A stretch of DNA of 63,858 bases, the filler included, from Sandaracinaceae bacterium (lineage in GTDB: Bacteria > Myxococcota_A > Polyangia > Polyangiales > JADJQN01): the NCBI GenBank assembly GCA_947483975.1. It is 2 parts of 2 records of this genome, joined end to end, with 100 filler letters (N's around TTAATTAATTAA, not from the genome) between each part and the next. Parts side by side here need not be neighbours in the genome. Positions count along the whole stretch, not along the records: positions 1 to 31,892 come from CANKOL010000017.1; 1 more part is not named here. The stretch is one strand, 5' to 3'. Under the pieces are notes generated by a model that saw only the letters and a list, made by a program, of their open reading frames with translations, was not told where the DNA came from and made no database searches. How positions within the stretch are numbered: the first letter of the stretch is position 1; every line of letters begins with the position of its first letter. Of this stretch, positions 19,924-28,138 are shown piece after piece. The position numbers were made by a program, and so were the translations under genes.

Positions 19924-21216
19924 CTACTCAGCCACTCCGCGAATGGCCACGAGCGCGCGCAAGGCAGCGCGCGTCTCCGGCCGTAGCGGGTCGGCGAAGC
20001 GCAGCCCGACGAGGCGGCCACCGCGCGCGGCGCAGGGGCGGATCCACTGAGTCTCGACGCCGATGATGTCGGCTGAGGCGGCGCCGGGCGCGACGAAGAC
20101 GAGCGCGAGGTGTCCGCGGGGGAGCGGGTCCGCGGCGTGCAGCGCGACGCCGCCCTCGGAGACGTCGTCGATGGTGATCTCGATCTGCTCGGACTCGCTC
20201 GTGCTCGTCAGCCAGCCGTGCGCGGCGAACGGCGCGCGGCGATGGCGGCGGCGCTCGGTGACGAGCGGGATCGGCGCGGTCCCGGCCTCCTCGTCCACGT
20301 GCGAGGACGGGCTGAGCAGCGTCACGGGGCGAGCGAGCGCGAGCGGCACGGCGGCGACGAGCGCGTCGCGCAATGCGGAGACGCTGCCGTGCCGGTCCTC
20401 GGGCTCGCGGGCGAGCGCGCGCAGTAGCTCCAGCGTCAGCGCGGGCGGCAGATCGTCGCGGTGCTCGCGCACGTCGGGCGGCGGGCGCGTCAGCTGCGCG
20501 ACGAGGATGTCGGCGTAGGTGCCCGAATACGGCAGCCGCCCGGCGAGCGACTCGTACAAGGTCGCGGCGATGCCGTAGACGTCGGCGCGCTGATCGGTGG
20601 GCTTGCGCAGGGAGAGCTGCTCGGGCGCCATGTAGGCGGGCGTGCCGAGGAAGGTGCCCTCTTGCGTGAGCTTCTGGTCGGTGGTCGCGGAGACGCCCGC
20701 GAGCCAGGCGATGCCGAAGTCGAAGAGCTTCACGCGCTCGACGCCGAGGCGATTGCGCACGATGAACACGTTCGAAGGCTTGAGGTCGCGGTGCACGAGG
20801 CCGCCCGCGTGGGCGGGCCCGAGCGCCTCACAGAGCTCGATCGCGAGCCGGACGGCGTCGACCGGGCCGAGCCGCCCGCGCTTCGAGAGGCAGGCGTCGA
20901 GCGTCGCGCCCTCGAGCCGCTCGAGCGCGAGGTACGGGCGGCCGTCTTCGAAGAGCCCGGCGTCGAGCAGCTCGACGACGCCCGGATGGCGCGCGACCTC
21001 GAGCGCGCGGGCCTCACGGAGCAGGCGCGCCGCGACCTCGCTGTCCCGACCGGTGCCCGGCAGCGGCATCTTCAGCGCGACCTGTCGGCCGCTGTAGACC
21101 TGCTCGGCGGCGACGACCTGGCTCATGCCGCCCTCGGCGATCAGCTCGCCGATGCGGTAGCGCTGACCGAGCAGCGCGGGCCCCCCGGGCGCGATCGGCG
21201 GATTAGCGGGAGCCAT
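19924..21216 (-). CDS. Ser/Thr protein kinase with a C-terminal PilZ-like domain
   Basis: VALK, HRDLKPSN, DFG, GTPAYMAPE; C-terminal ERRRHRR...DVSEGG. Confidence 0.88.
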   Translation of the reverse strand: MAPANPPIAPGGPALLGQRYRIGELIAEGGMSQVVAAEQVYSGRQVALKMPLPGTGRDSEVAARLLREARALEVARHPGVVELLDAGLFEDGRPYLALERLEGATLDACLSKRGRLGPVDAVRLAIELCEALGPAHAGGLVHRDLKPSNVFIVRNRLGVERVKLFDFGIAWLAGVSATTDQKLTQEGTFLGTPAYMAPEQLSLRKPTDQRADVYGIAATLYESLAGRLPYSGTYADILVAQLTRPPPDVREHRDDLPPALTLELLRALAREPEDRHGSVSALRDALVAAVPLALARPVTLLSPSSHVDEEAGTAPIPLVTERRRHRRAPFAAHGWLTSTSESEQIEITIDDVSEGGVALHAADPLPRGHLALVFVAPGAASADIIGVETQWIRPCAARGGRLVGLRFADPLRPETRAALRALVAIRGVAE

Positions 21217-21297
21217 CGACTCGACCGAACGGCGGCGGGGCCGCGGGCTTGAGTGGCCGCCGGGCGAGCGGCGCGACGAGAGAGTCGGCGTCGGCGG

Positions 21298-22086
21298 TCA
21301 TGCGAGCGACCGAAAGCTCGCGACTGCGGCCCTGACGCGCGCTTGCACCGCGGGGCGCACGGTGGCGCTCGCCTCGCTGCGGCACGCGCCGAGCGCGAGG
21401 CGGAGCGCGTCGCACGCGGCCGCGCAGGCCGGGCAGGTCGTCAGATGCCCCTCCATCACCGCGCAGGCGTCCTTCGTCAGCTCGCCCTCGAGCTTCTGCG
21501 AGAAGATCTCCGCGATCGCGGGGCACTGAGCGGTCGTCGGGCTCTGCTCGGGCTCGAGCACGGGACGAAGCGCCTCGCGCAGCGCGCTCCGCGCCCGATG
21601 GAGGCGGCTCTTGAGCGCCTCGACCGACACCCCGATGGCCGCCGCTGCCTCGACGGCAGAGAGCCCCTCGATGTCCCGCAGCACGAGCACCTCGCGGTAC
21701 TCGTCCGAGAGGCCCTCGAGCGCGCTGCCGAGCACCGCGGAGAGCTCGCGCGCCGAGGCCTCCTGCTCCGGCGAGCGGCCCTCCGAGACGCGCTCCGCGG
21801 CGGCGTCATCCGCGACCGGCGGCGCGTTCTTCAGGCCTCGACGGCGCCGCGCGCAGGCCGTCCGCGCAAGCGTGAAGACCCAGCTGGTCAGCGAGGAGCG
21901 CCCCTCGAAGTCGCGCAGGTGCGTCGTGACGGCGAGCAGCGTGTCCTGCAACACATCGTCGGCGTCGGCGTCGCTCCTGCACATGCGGAGGCCGAAGCGA
22001 TGGACGGACGGGGCCACCTCGCCGAGGACCAGCGCCATCGCGTCGGCGTCCCCCTGCTTCGCCCGTTCGAGGAGTGCGTCGTCCAC
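21298..22086 (-). CDS. ECF sigma-70 factor with a fused C-terminal zinc-finger (zf-HC2/ZAS-like)
   Basis: DADDVLQDT (region 2), LKSRLHRAR (region 4), C-terminal HLTTCPAC. Confidence 0.88.
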   Translation of the reverse strand: MDDALLERAKQGDADAMALVLGEVAPSVHRFGLRMCRSDADADDVLQDTLLAVTTHLRDFEGRSSLTSWVFTLARTACARRRRGLKNAPPVADDAAAERVSEGRSPEQEASARELSAVLGSALEGLSDEYREVLVLRDIEGLSAVEAAAAIGVSVEALKSRLHRARSALREALRPVLEPEQSPTTAQCPAIAEIFSQKLEGELTKDACAVMEGHLTTCPACAAACDALRLALGACRSEASATVRPAVQARVRAAVASFRSLA

Positions 22087-22104
22087 GCGCTCGAGCTTAG
22101 CTGC

Positions 22105-22491
22105 TCAGCCGACGCGCGCTGCCTCGCTCTGCTGCTTCGTCACGCGACGCCGCACATCGTCCATGTCGAGCGCGCGCACCTGGGTCACGAGCTGCTCGAG
22201 CGCAGGGCCCGGGAGCATGCCCGGCTGCGAGAACACGAGGATGCCGTCTCGGAACACCATCAGCGTCGGGATCGAGCGGATCGCGAGGGCGGAGGAGAGC
22301 TCGGGCTCCGCCTCGGTGTCGACCTTTCCCCAGACGAGGTCCGGGTGCTTCGCGGCGGCCGCCTCGAAGATGGGCGCGAAGGCCCGACACGGCGCGCACC
22401 ACGCGGCCCAGAAGTCGATGACGACGATGCCCTCTTGCTGAACGCGCGTGACGAACGAGTCCGCGCCGAGATCGACGGTGTGACGAACCAT
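22105..22491 (-). CDS. Thioredoxin
   Basis: DFWAAWCAPC active site; IRSIPTL. Confidence 0.93.
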   Translation of the reverse strand: MVRHTVDLGADSFVTRVQQEGIVVIDFWAAWCAPCRAFAPIFEAAAAKHPDLVWGKVDTEAEPELSSALAIRSIPTLMVFRDGILVFSQPGMLPGPALEQLVTQVRALDMDDVRRRVTKQQSEAARVG

Positions 22492-22670
22492 GACTACCTC
22501 CGCTCGATGGATGGAGGGCGAGCGGGGCTGCGACGACCGCTCCCGACCTCGCCTCTCGGAGGTACGAGCCAGAGACCCGCCGGGAGGGTTCGGCGATCAG
22601 GCCGGGCGTCCGCTCGTCAGCGCGCCCGCCCGACGAAAAGGCGGTCGGTCACGGAGTGCTTCGCCAAGGC

Positions 22671-22699
22671 TTGACAGCCTGACGCGCCCGCGCTAAACG
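22671..22699 (+). promoter_or_regulatory. Sigma70-like promoter of tRNA-Gly
   Basis: TTGACA-N17-TAAACG, ending 16 nt upstream of the tRNA. Confidence 0.6.
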
Positions 22700-22715
22700 G
22701 TCGCCTCGTTGATTT

Positions 22716-22790
<75 letters not shown>

Positions 22791-22805
22791 GGTTTCGTCG
22801 GTAGC

Positions 22806-22948
22806 ACGGCCGGTCACGCTCACAGCGTGCCGGCCGTTTCGCTTCCGTCCACACGCGGAAACGGCCGATCATGCGCGGGGCATGTCGGCCGTTTCGAGTT
22901 CATCCGCCCGGAGCCAACGGCCGGTCACGCCGAGCGCGTGCCGGCCGG
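22806..22948. repeat. Three copies of a ~32-bp palindromic repeat with a 55-56 bp period (REP-like)
   Basis: ACGGCCG(G/A)TCA(C/T)GC-N5-GC(G/A)TG(C/T)CGGCCG starting at 22806, 22861 and 22917, separated by dissimilar 23-24 nt spacers. Confidence 0.8.
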
Positions 22949-22958
22949 GCGATGAGCG

Positions 22959-25900
22959 TCAGCGCGTGACGCGGAGCGTGTACCCCCCGCAGCTCGCGCC
23001 CGAGGTGATGCGGAAGACGCGGACGTAGATGCGGACGGGCCAGGGGACGAGGCGCGAGGTGAAGCCAACGCTCGCGTTGTCGACGAAGGACCAGGTCGTG
23101 AGCCCGGTGGACGAGCCGCCCTCGCCGCAAGTGCTCGAGCCGCCCGCGCAGCTGCCGAGCTGCACGTCGAAGCGGAACAAGCTGCCGTCGTTGACCGTGA
23201 GGCTGAACGACGGGGTGCCGCCGGTCCCGGGGAAGTCGACGTAGAACCAGTCGGACGGGCTGGAGGCAGCGGGCGTCTTGCCGGACGCGGTCGCATTCCC
23301 GCCCATCGCCACGCTCCCGAGTGAGGCCGCGCTCGCGCACGCGCTCGGGTAGCCCTCGTCGAGGCACTCGCAGCCGTTGGTCGGAGTGCCGTCGACGTCG
23401 GTGTAGTTGGCGTTGCACGTGGCGACGGCGCAGGTGGTCGTCGCGCAGGTGCCGGTGCCGTTCGCCGGGGCGCAGGGGACGGCGCAAGCGCCGCAGTTCG
23501 TGGTCGTGGTCAGCGGCGCTTCGCAGCCGTCCGTCGGGTTGGCGTTGCAGTTGCCGAAGCTGCCCGTGCAGGCCCCGAGCGTGCAGACGCCGCCGGGACA
23601 GGTCTCGGTCGCGTTCGCGCGGTCACAGAGCGTCCCGCAGCCGCCGCAGTTGCCGAGCGTGTTGAGCGGCGTCTCGCAGCCGTTGGACGGATCCCCGTCG
23701 CAGTTGCCGTAGCCGGGGTCGCAAGCGCCGAGGGTGCAGGCCCCGGTGGAGCACGACTCCGCGGCGTTCGCGCGAGCGCAGGTCGCGCCGCAGCCCGCGC
23801 AGTTCGTCAGCGTGTTGAGCGCCGTCTCGCAGCCGTTGGCGAGCCCGCCGTCGCAGTTGCCGAAGCCCGCGGTGCACGCCGTCAGCTGACAGCTACCCGT
23901 CGAGCAGGACTCGCTCGCGTTCGTGATGTCGCAGACGGCGCCGCAGCCCCCGCAGTTCGTCAGCGTGTTGAGCGCCGTCTCGCAGCCGTTGAGCGCGTTG
24001 CCGTCGCAGTTGCCGAAGCCCGCGTCGCACGCGCCGAGCGTGCAAGCGCCGGCCGAGCACGACTCCGCGGCGTTCGCGCGAGCGCAGCTGAGGCCGCAGC
24101 CGCCGCAATTCGTCAGCGTGTTGGTCGGCGTCTCACAGCCGTTGGCCGGGTTCGCGTCACAGTTCGCGAAGCCCGCGCTGCAGCTCGCGATGGCGCAAGC
24201 GCCAGCCGTGCACGCCTCGGTCGCGTTCGCGAGGTTGCAGATCGTGCCGCAGGTGCCGCAGTTCGCCACGGTGTTGATCGCGGTCTCGCAGCCGTTGGTC
24301 GGGTCGGTGTCGCAGTTGCCGTAGCCCGAGGTGCACGCGCCGAGGGTGCAGGTGCCGCTCGGGCAAGTCTCGGCGGCGTTGGCGCGGTCGCAGACCACGG
24401 CGCAGCCGCCGCAGTTGGCCGTGGAGTTGAGCATCGTCTCGCAGCCGTCGCCGGCGACGCCGTTGCAGTCGCCGAGCCCGGCGCCGCAGGACGCGAGCAC
24501 GCAGGTGCCGCTGCCGCAGGTCTCCGTGGCGGCGGGGATGTCGCAGACGGCGTTGCAGGCGCCGCAGTCGGTGAGGGTGTTGATCGGGCGCTCGCAGCCG
24601 TTCGCGGCGTTCCCGTCACAGTCGCGGTAGAGACCGACGCACGCCGTCAACGCGCAGGTGCCCGTGGTGCACGACTCGGTCGCGTTCGCGAGCGCGCAGC
24701 TCGTCCCGCAGCCGCCGCAGTCTGCGAGCGAGTTGAGGTGCGTCTCGCAGCCGTTCGAGGGGTCGCCGTCGCAGTCGCCGTAGCCGGGATTGCAGACGCC
24801 GAGGGTGCAGGTGCCCGTGGAACACGACTCAGTCGCGTTCGCGAGGTTGCAGGTGACGCCACAGCCGCCGCAGTTGGAGAGCGCGTTGAGCGCCGTCTCG
24901 CAGCCGTTCGCGCTGCCGCCGTCGCAGTTGCCGAAGCCGCTGTCGCAGACGACGAGCGTGCAGGTGCCGGTCGAGCAGGTCTCCGTCGCGTTCGCGAGCG
25001 AGCAGCCGTTGCCGCACGCGCCGCAGTTCGACAGCGTGTCGAGGCGCGTCTCGCAGCCGGTGGCGGCCGAGCCGTCGCAGTTGCCCCAGCTCGCGTCGCA
25101 GCTCTGCACGGCGCAGGAGCCGGTCGCGCAGGTCGCGTTCGCGTTCGCGAGTGAGCAGCCCGTGCCGCACGTGCCGCAGTTCGTCAGGGAGTTCAGCGAG
25201 GTCTCGCAGCCCGTGGAGTACACGGCGTCGCAGTTGCCGAAGCCGCTCGCGCAGTTGTCGAGCACGCAGGTGCCGACGTCACAGCGCGTCGCGGTCGCGT
25301 TGGTCGGTCGCGGACAGAGCACCAGCGGCGAGCCGTCGTCCGGGATGCCGTTGCAGTTGTCGTCGATGTTGTTGCAGGTCTCAGCGGTCGACGTGCCGGG
25401 GACGCACGCCGCGGCGAGACCACCGACGCAGCGCTGCACCGAGCGCTGACAGGCGCCGAGCCCGCAGGTGGTGAGGTCCGCGGGGTCGTCGAGGTTGTCA
25501 CAGCGCCCGGCGGTGGTGTTCACGCACGTCGCGGCGACGGGCGCTTGGCAGGAGTCGTTGCAGTCGATCGTGACGGCGCCCGGCAGCATCGCCGGGCAGA
25601 GCGTCGCGGCGGAGAGGCACGCGCCGCTGCCGTTGCAGGTCGCGCGCGTGTCGTCGACGTCACGCTTGCCGTAGCAGCGCCCGAAGCCGTCGAAGGAGTC
25701 GAAGTAGGCGCCGCACGAGAAGCCCAGGCACTCGCTGTCGGGGTCGTTCCCGACGGGCACCGCGGAGCAGCGACCGACCGAGCCCGGCAGGTTGCACGCC
25801 TGGCAGGTGCCGCTGCAGCCGGTGTCGCAGCAGACGCCGTCCGCGCAGCTGAGCCCGTCCGTGCAGTCCTGGTTGCGCGCGCAGACGCCGCCCGCCGGAC

Positions 25901-27206
25901 GGTCCGTCACGCAGCTTCCGCTCTCGCAGTGGGCGGCGACGACGCACGCGGCGTCGTCCGCGCACGAGGTCGGGCACGCAGGCGGCGGCTGGTCCGCGAG
26001 CCCGCTGCAGAAGAGCGGCAGATAGAGCCCGCACTCGAGGGCGCGGACCGAGGGAGTGCAGGCGCTGTCGTCGGGGATGCCTGTGACGACGTCACACTGG
26101 AAGCCCGCGGTGCACGAGACCTCGCCGCGCGCGCCCTGGCACGTCGCGGTGTTCGTGCAGACGGTCGCGGAGCCGGTGCCGGTCGCGTCGCAATCGGTCG
26201 CGGTGACGCAGCAGCGGCCAGAGTCGCAGCAGTAGCCGTTCTCGCAGTGCGCGGAGCTGCAGTCGGTGTCCTCGTTGCACGCCGTGCCGTTCGAGAGGTC
26301 CGGGATGCACGCGGCGAGGTCGCAGTGCGCCGTGCCGACGCAGAAGCGGTCGTCGTCCCCGAGCATCGCTGGGTCGCAGGAGGTCGCGCAGCGCGTGCCC
26401 GCTCCGGCGCCGGACTCGCACGTGAAGAAGCCGCACGGCGTGACCGTGCCCGCGCCACACATCGCGTCGACGCAGGTCGCGCTCGTGATCGACGAGTACG
26501 CCAGGCCATCGGCCGAGCCGCAGCGCCCGGTCGTGCAGTCGGTCGGCGGCTCGTCGACGGTGCCGTCGCAGTTGTCGTCGGTGCCGTTGCAGATCTCGGA
26601 CGCCGACGAGTTGATCGCGTGCGCCGCGGCGACGCAGGCGAGGCAGGCGGTGTCGGTCGAGGCGCACGGCGCGCCGTCGGCGCTGCACATCGCGCCGTCG
26701 CTGCAGTCCGTGCCGACGCAGTCGATGCCCTCGCCGTGCAGGTCGCCGTCGTGGTCGACGCAGCAGAAGCCGCCGAGCGGCGCGCAGAAGAAGCCGCCGA
26801 ACGCGAGGTCCTCAGTGCAGTAGAATCCGCTGAGGCAGGAGGGGAGATCCGGATCGCAGGTCGGGACGCAGGCGAAGCTGCCCGTCGCGACCTCGCGACA
26901 GATGCGCCCATCGAGGCACTCGGTGTCCGCCGTGCACGCGCCGCACATTCCCACGGTGGCGACGGGACCGGCGTCGGCGCCGCCGTCGTCCATCCCGCCG
27001 AGGTCGTCGGACATCCCTAGATCGCCGGACGCGCCATCGATGGCGCCATCGCCGAGCGCGCCGTCGAGGCCGCCGTCACCGTGAGGACGGACGGGCGCCT
27101 TGTTCGCGGCGCACGCCGCGAAAAAGAACGCTGAGAGGGTTGCAGCCAACAGGACCGGGCCCGAGAGGAAGAAAGAGCGCTGGGAGATCCCATATCGACG
27201 ACGCAT
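22959..27206 (-). CDS. Giant Cys-rich repeat surface lipoprotein (~1415 aa)
   Basis: Lipobox-like FAAC, DGG-rich linker, CNGxDDNCDG motifs, 12 tandem 51-aa Cys repeats and a C-terminal beta-rich domain. Start chosen from the signal peptide. Confidence 0.85.
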   Translation of the reverse strand: MRRRYGISQRSFFLSGPVLLAATLSAFFFAACAANKAPVRPHGDGGLDGALGDGAIDGASGDLGMSDDLGGMDDGGADAGPVATVGMCGACTADTECLDGRICREVATGSFACVPTCDPDLPSCLSGFYCTEDLAFGGFFCAPLGGFCCVDHDGDLHGEGIDCVGTDCSDGAMCSADGAPCASTDTACLACVAAAHAINSSASEICNGTDDNCDGTVDEPPTDCTTGRCGSADGLAYSSITSATCVDAMCGAGTVTPCGFFTCESGAGAGTRCATSCDPAMLGDDDRFCVGTAHCDLAACIPDLSNGTACNEDTDCSSAHCENGYCCDSGRCCVTATDCDATGTGSATVCTNTATCQGARGEVSCTAGFQCDVVTGIPDDSACTPSVRALECGLYLPLFCSGLADQPPPACPTSCADDAACVVAAHCESGSCVTDRPAGGVCARNQDCTDGLSCADGVCCDTGCSGTCQACNLPGSVGRCSAVPVGNDPDSECLGFSCGAYFDSFDGFGRCYGKRDVDDTRATCNGSGACLSAATLCPAMLPGAVTIDCNDSCQAPVAATCVNTTAGRCDNLDDPADLTTCGLGACQRSVQRCVGGLAAACVPGTSTAETCNNIDDNCNGIPDDGSPLVLCPRPTNATATRCDVGTCVLDNCASGFGNCDAVYSTGCETSLNSLTNCGTCGTGCSLANANATCATGSCAVQSCDASWGNCDGSAATGCETRLDTLSNCGACGNGCSLANATETCSTGTCTLVVCDSGFGNCDGGSANGCETALNALSNCGGCGVTCNLANATESCSTGTCTLGVCNPGYGDCDGDPSNGCETHLNSLADCGGCGTSCALANATESCTTGTCALTACVGLYRDCDGNAANGCERPINTLTDCGACNAVCDIPAATETCGSGTCVLASCGAGLGDCNGVAGDGCETMLNSTANCGGCAVVCDRANAAETCPSGTCTLGACTSGYGNCDTDPTNGCETAINTVANCGTCGTICNLANATEACTAGACAIASCSAGFANCDANPANGCETPTNTLTNCGGCGLSCARANAAESCSAGACTLGACDAGFGNCDGNALNGCETALNTLTNCGGCGAVCDITNASESCSTGSCQLTACTAGFGNCDGGLANGCETALNTLTNCAGCGATCARANAAESCSTGACTLGACDPGYGNCDGDPSNGCETPLNTLGNCGGCGTLCDRANATETCPGGVCTLGACTGSFGNCNANPTDGCEAPLTTTTNCGACAVPCAPANGTGTCATTTCAVATCNANYTDVDGTPTNGCECLDEGYPSACASAASLGSVAMGGNATASGKTPAASSPSDWFYVDFPGTGGTPSFSLTVNDGSLFRFDVQLGSCAGGSSTCGEGGSSTGLTTWSFVDNASVGFTSRLVPWPVRIYVRVFRITSGASCGGYTLRVTR
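23370..25270 (-). repeat. Coding tandem repeat, ~12 x 153 bp (51 aa)
   Basis: The GCE motif (plus strand TCGCAGCC) recurs with a 153-bp period (e.g. 25201, 25048, 24895). Boundaries approximate. Confidence 0.9.
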
Positions 27207-27382
27207 GGCAGCACCTCGCACTGGCCAGGGTACAAAATACCTCGACCGGGCGAAAGGTCCGTCTTGTGGACAGGTGTTGCTGGGGCGTCCCTTCGACCGG
27301 AGGGCGTTTCCAGAGTACCTTCGGCGGCGATCGTGCCCGACGCCCCCGTCGGACTCCACGGCGTGGAAGACGGGAACCCCTG

Positions 27383-27667
27383 ATGGCCGAACAATCTCCG
27401 ACGATCTACGCGAATTCGAACGAGCCCTCCTGGGGCCGGGCCATCGCGACAGCCGAACACGACGACCGCCGCGAGTACATCTTCGAAGACGGCTCCAGGC
27501 GCACGTTTCTGCGGACGAGCCGCGTGATCGTCGCTGCGGTGCTCGCTGACGACGAGCGCGCCGCCGTGCTCAAGCTCCTCGCGAAGAAGGCGCCCGCCGC
27601 CACGGCGAGCAAGCCGAAGAAGAAGCGCGTCCTGAAGAAGAAGGTCGCCGCCGTCGAACCGAGCTGA
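27383..27667 (+). CDS. Small hypothetical protein with a Lys-rich tail
   Basis: MAEQSPTIY...WGRAI...FEDGSRRTF...KPKKKRVLKKK; high-GC3 codon usage. Confidence 0.65.
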   Translation: MAEQSPTIYANSNEPSWGRAIATAEHDDRREYIFEDGSRRTFLRTSRVIVAAVLADDERAAVLKLLAKKAPAATASKPKKKRVLKKKVAAVEPS

Positions 27668-27746
27668 GCTCGAGGCGCGCGCTCAGGGCTCGCCTGCTGG
27701 CCGCGGCGCCGACGCCGTGGGAACTCCGGGCTCCCCGGAGGTTCGC

Positions 27747-28106
27747 GTGCCCGTCATCGTCAAGTCCGTGCTCCTGCTCGTCGTCGCGAACGTCTTCATG
27801 ACGTTCGCGTGGTACGGGCACCTCGACAAGCTGCGGGATCGCGCGGTGTGGGTCGCGGTGCTCGTGAGCTGGGGCATCGCGTTCTTCGAGTATTGCTTTC
27901 AAGTCCCTGCGAACCGCCTCGGCTACGGCGCGCTCACGCTCGGGCAGCTCAAGGTCACGCAGGAAGTGATCACGATGGTCGTGTTCATGGGCTTCTCGTT
28001 CTTCTACATGAAGAAGCCCCTGTCGCTCGACCTCGTCTACGCGACGGCGTGCCTCGCGCTCGCGGCGTACTTCGTGTTCCGCGGCGGCGCTCCCGCGACG
28101 CCCTGA
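27747..28106 (+). CDS. DMT-superfamily small membrane protein (DUF486-like)
   Basis: NVFMTFAWYGHL, SWGIAFFEYCFQVPANRLG, QLKVTQEVIT; GGAGG RBS. Confidence 0.88.
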   Translation: MPVIVKSVLLLVVANVFMTFAWYGHLDKLRDRAVWVAVLVSWGIAFFEYCFQVPANRLGYGALTLGQLKVTQEVITMVVFMGFSFFYMKKPLSLDLVYATACLALAAYFVFRGGAPATP

Positions 28107-28138
28107 GCTGGCGAGTCACTCCTCGCGGTGCGCGACGC

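Noticed and set aside
22806..22948. CRISPR array
   Set aside because: Only three units, with variable repeat loops, short spacers and no cas genes in the window. Reported as a REP-like repeat instead.
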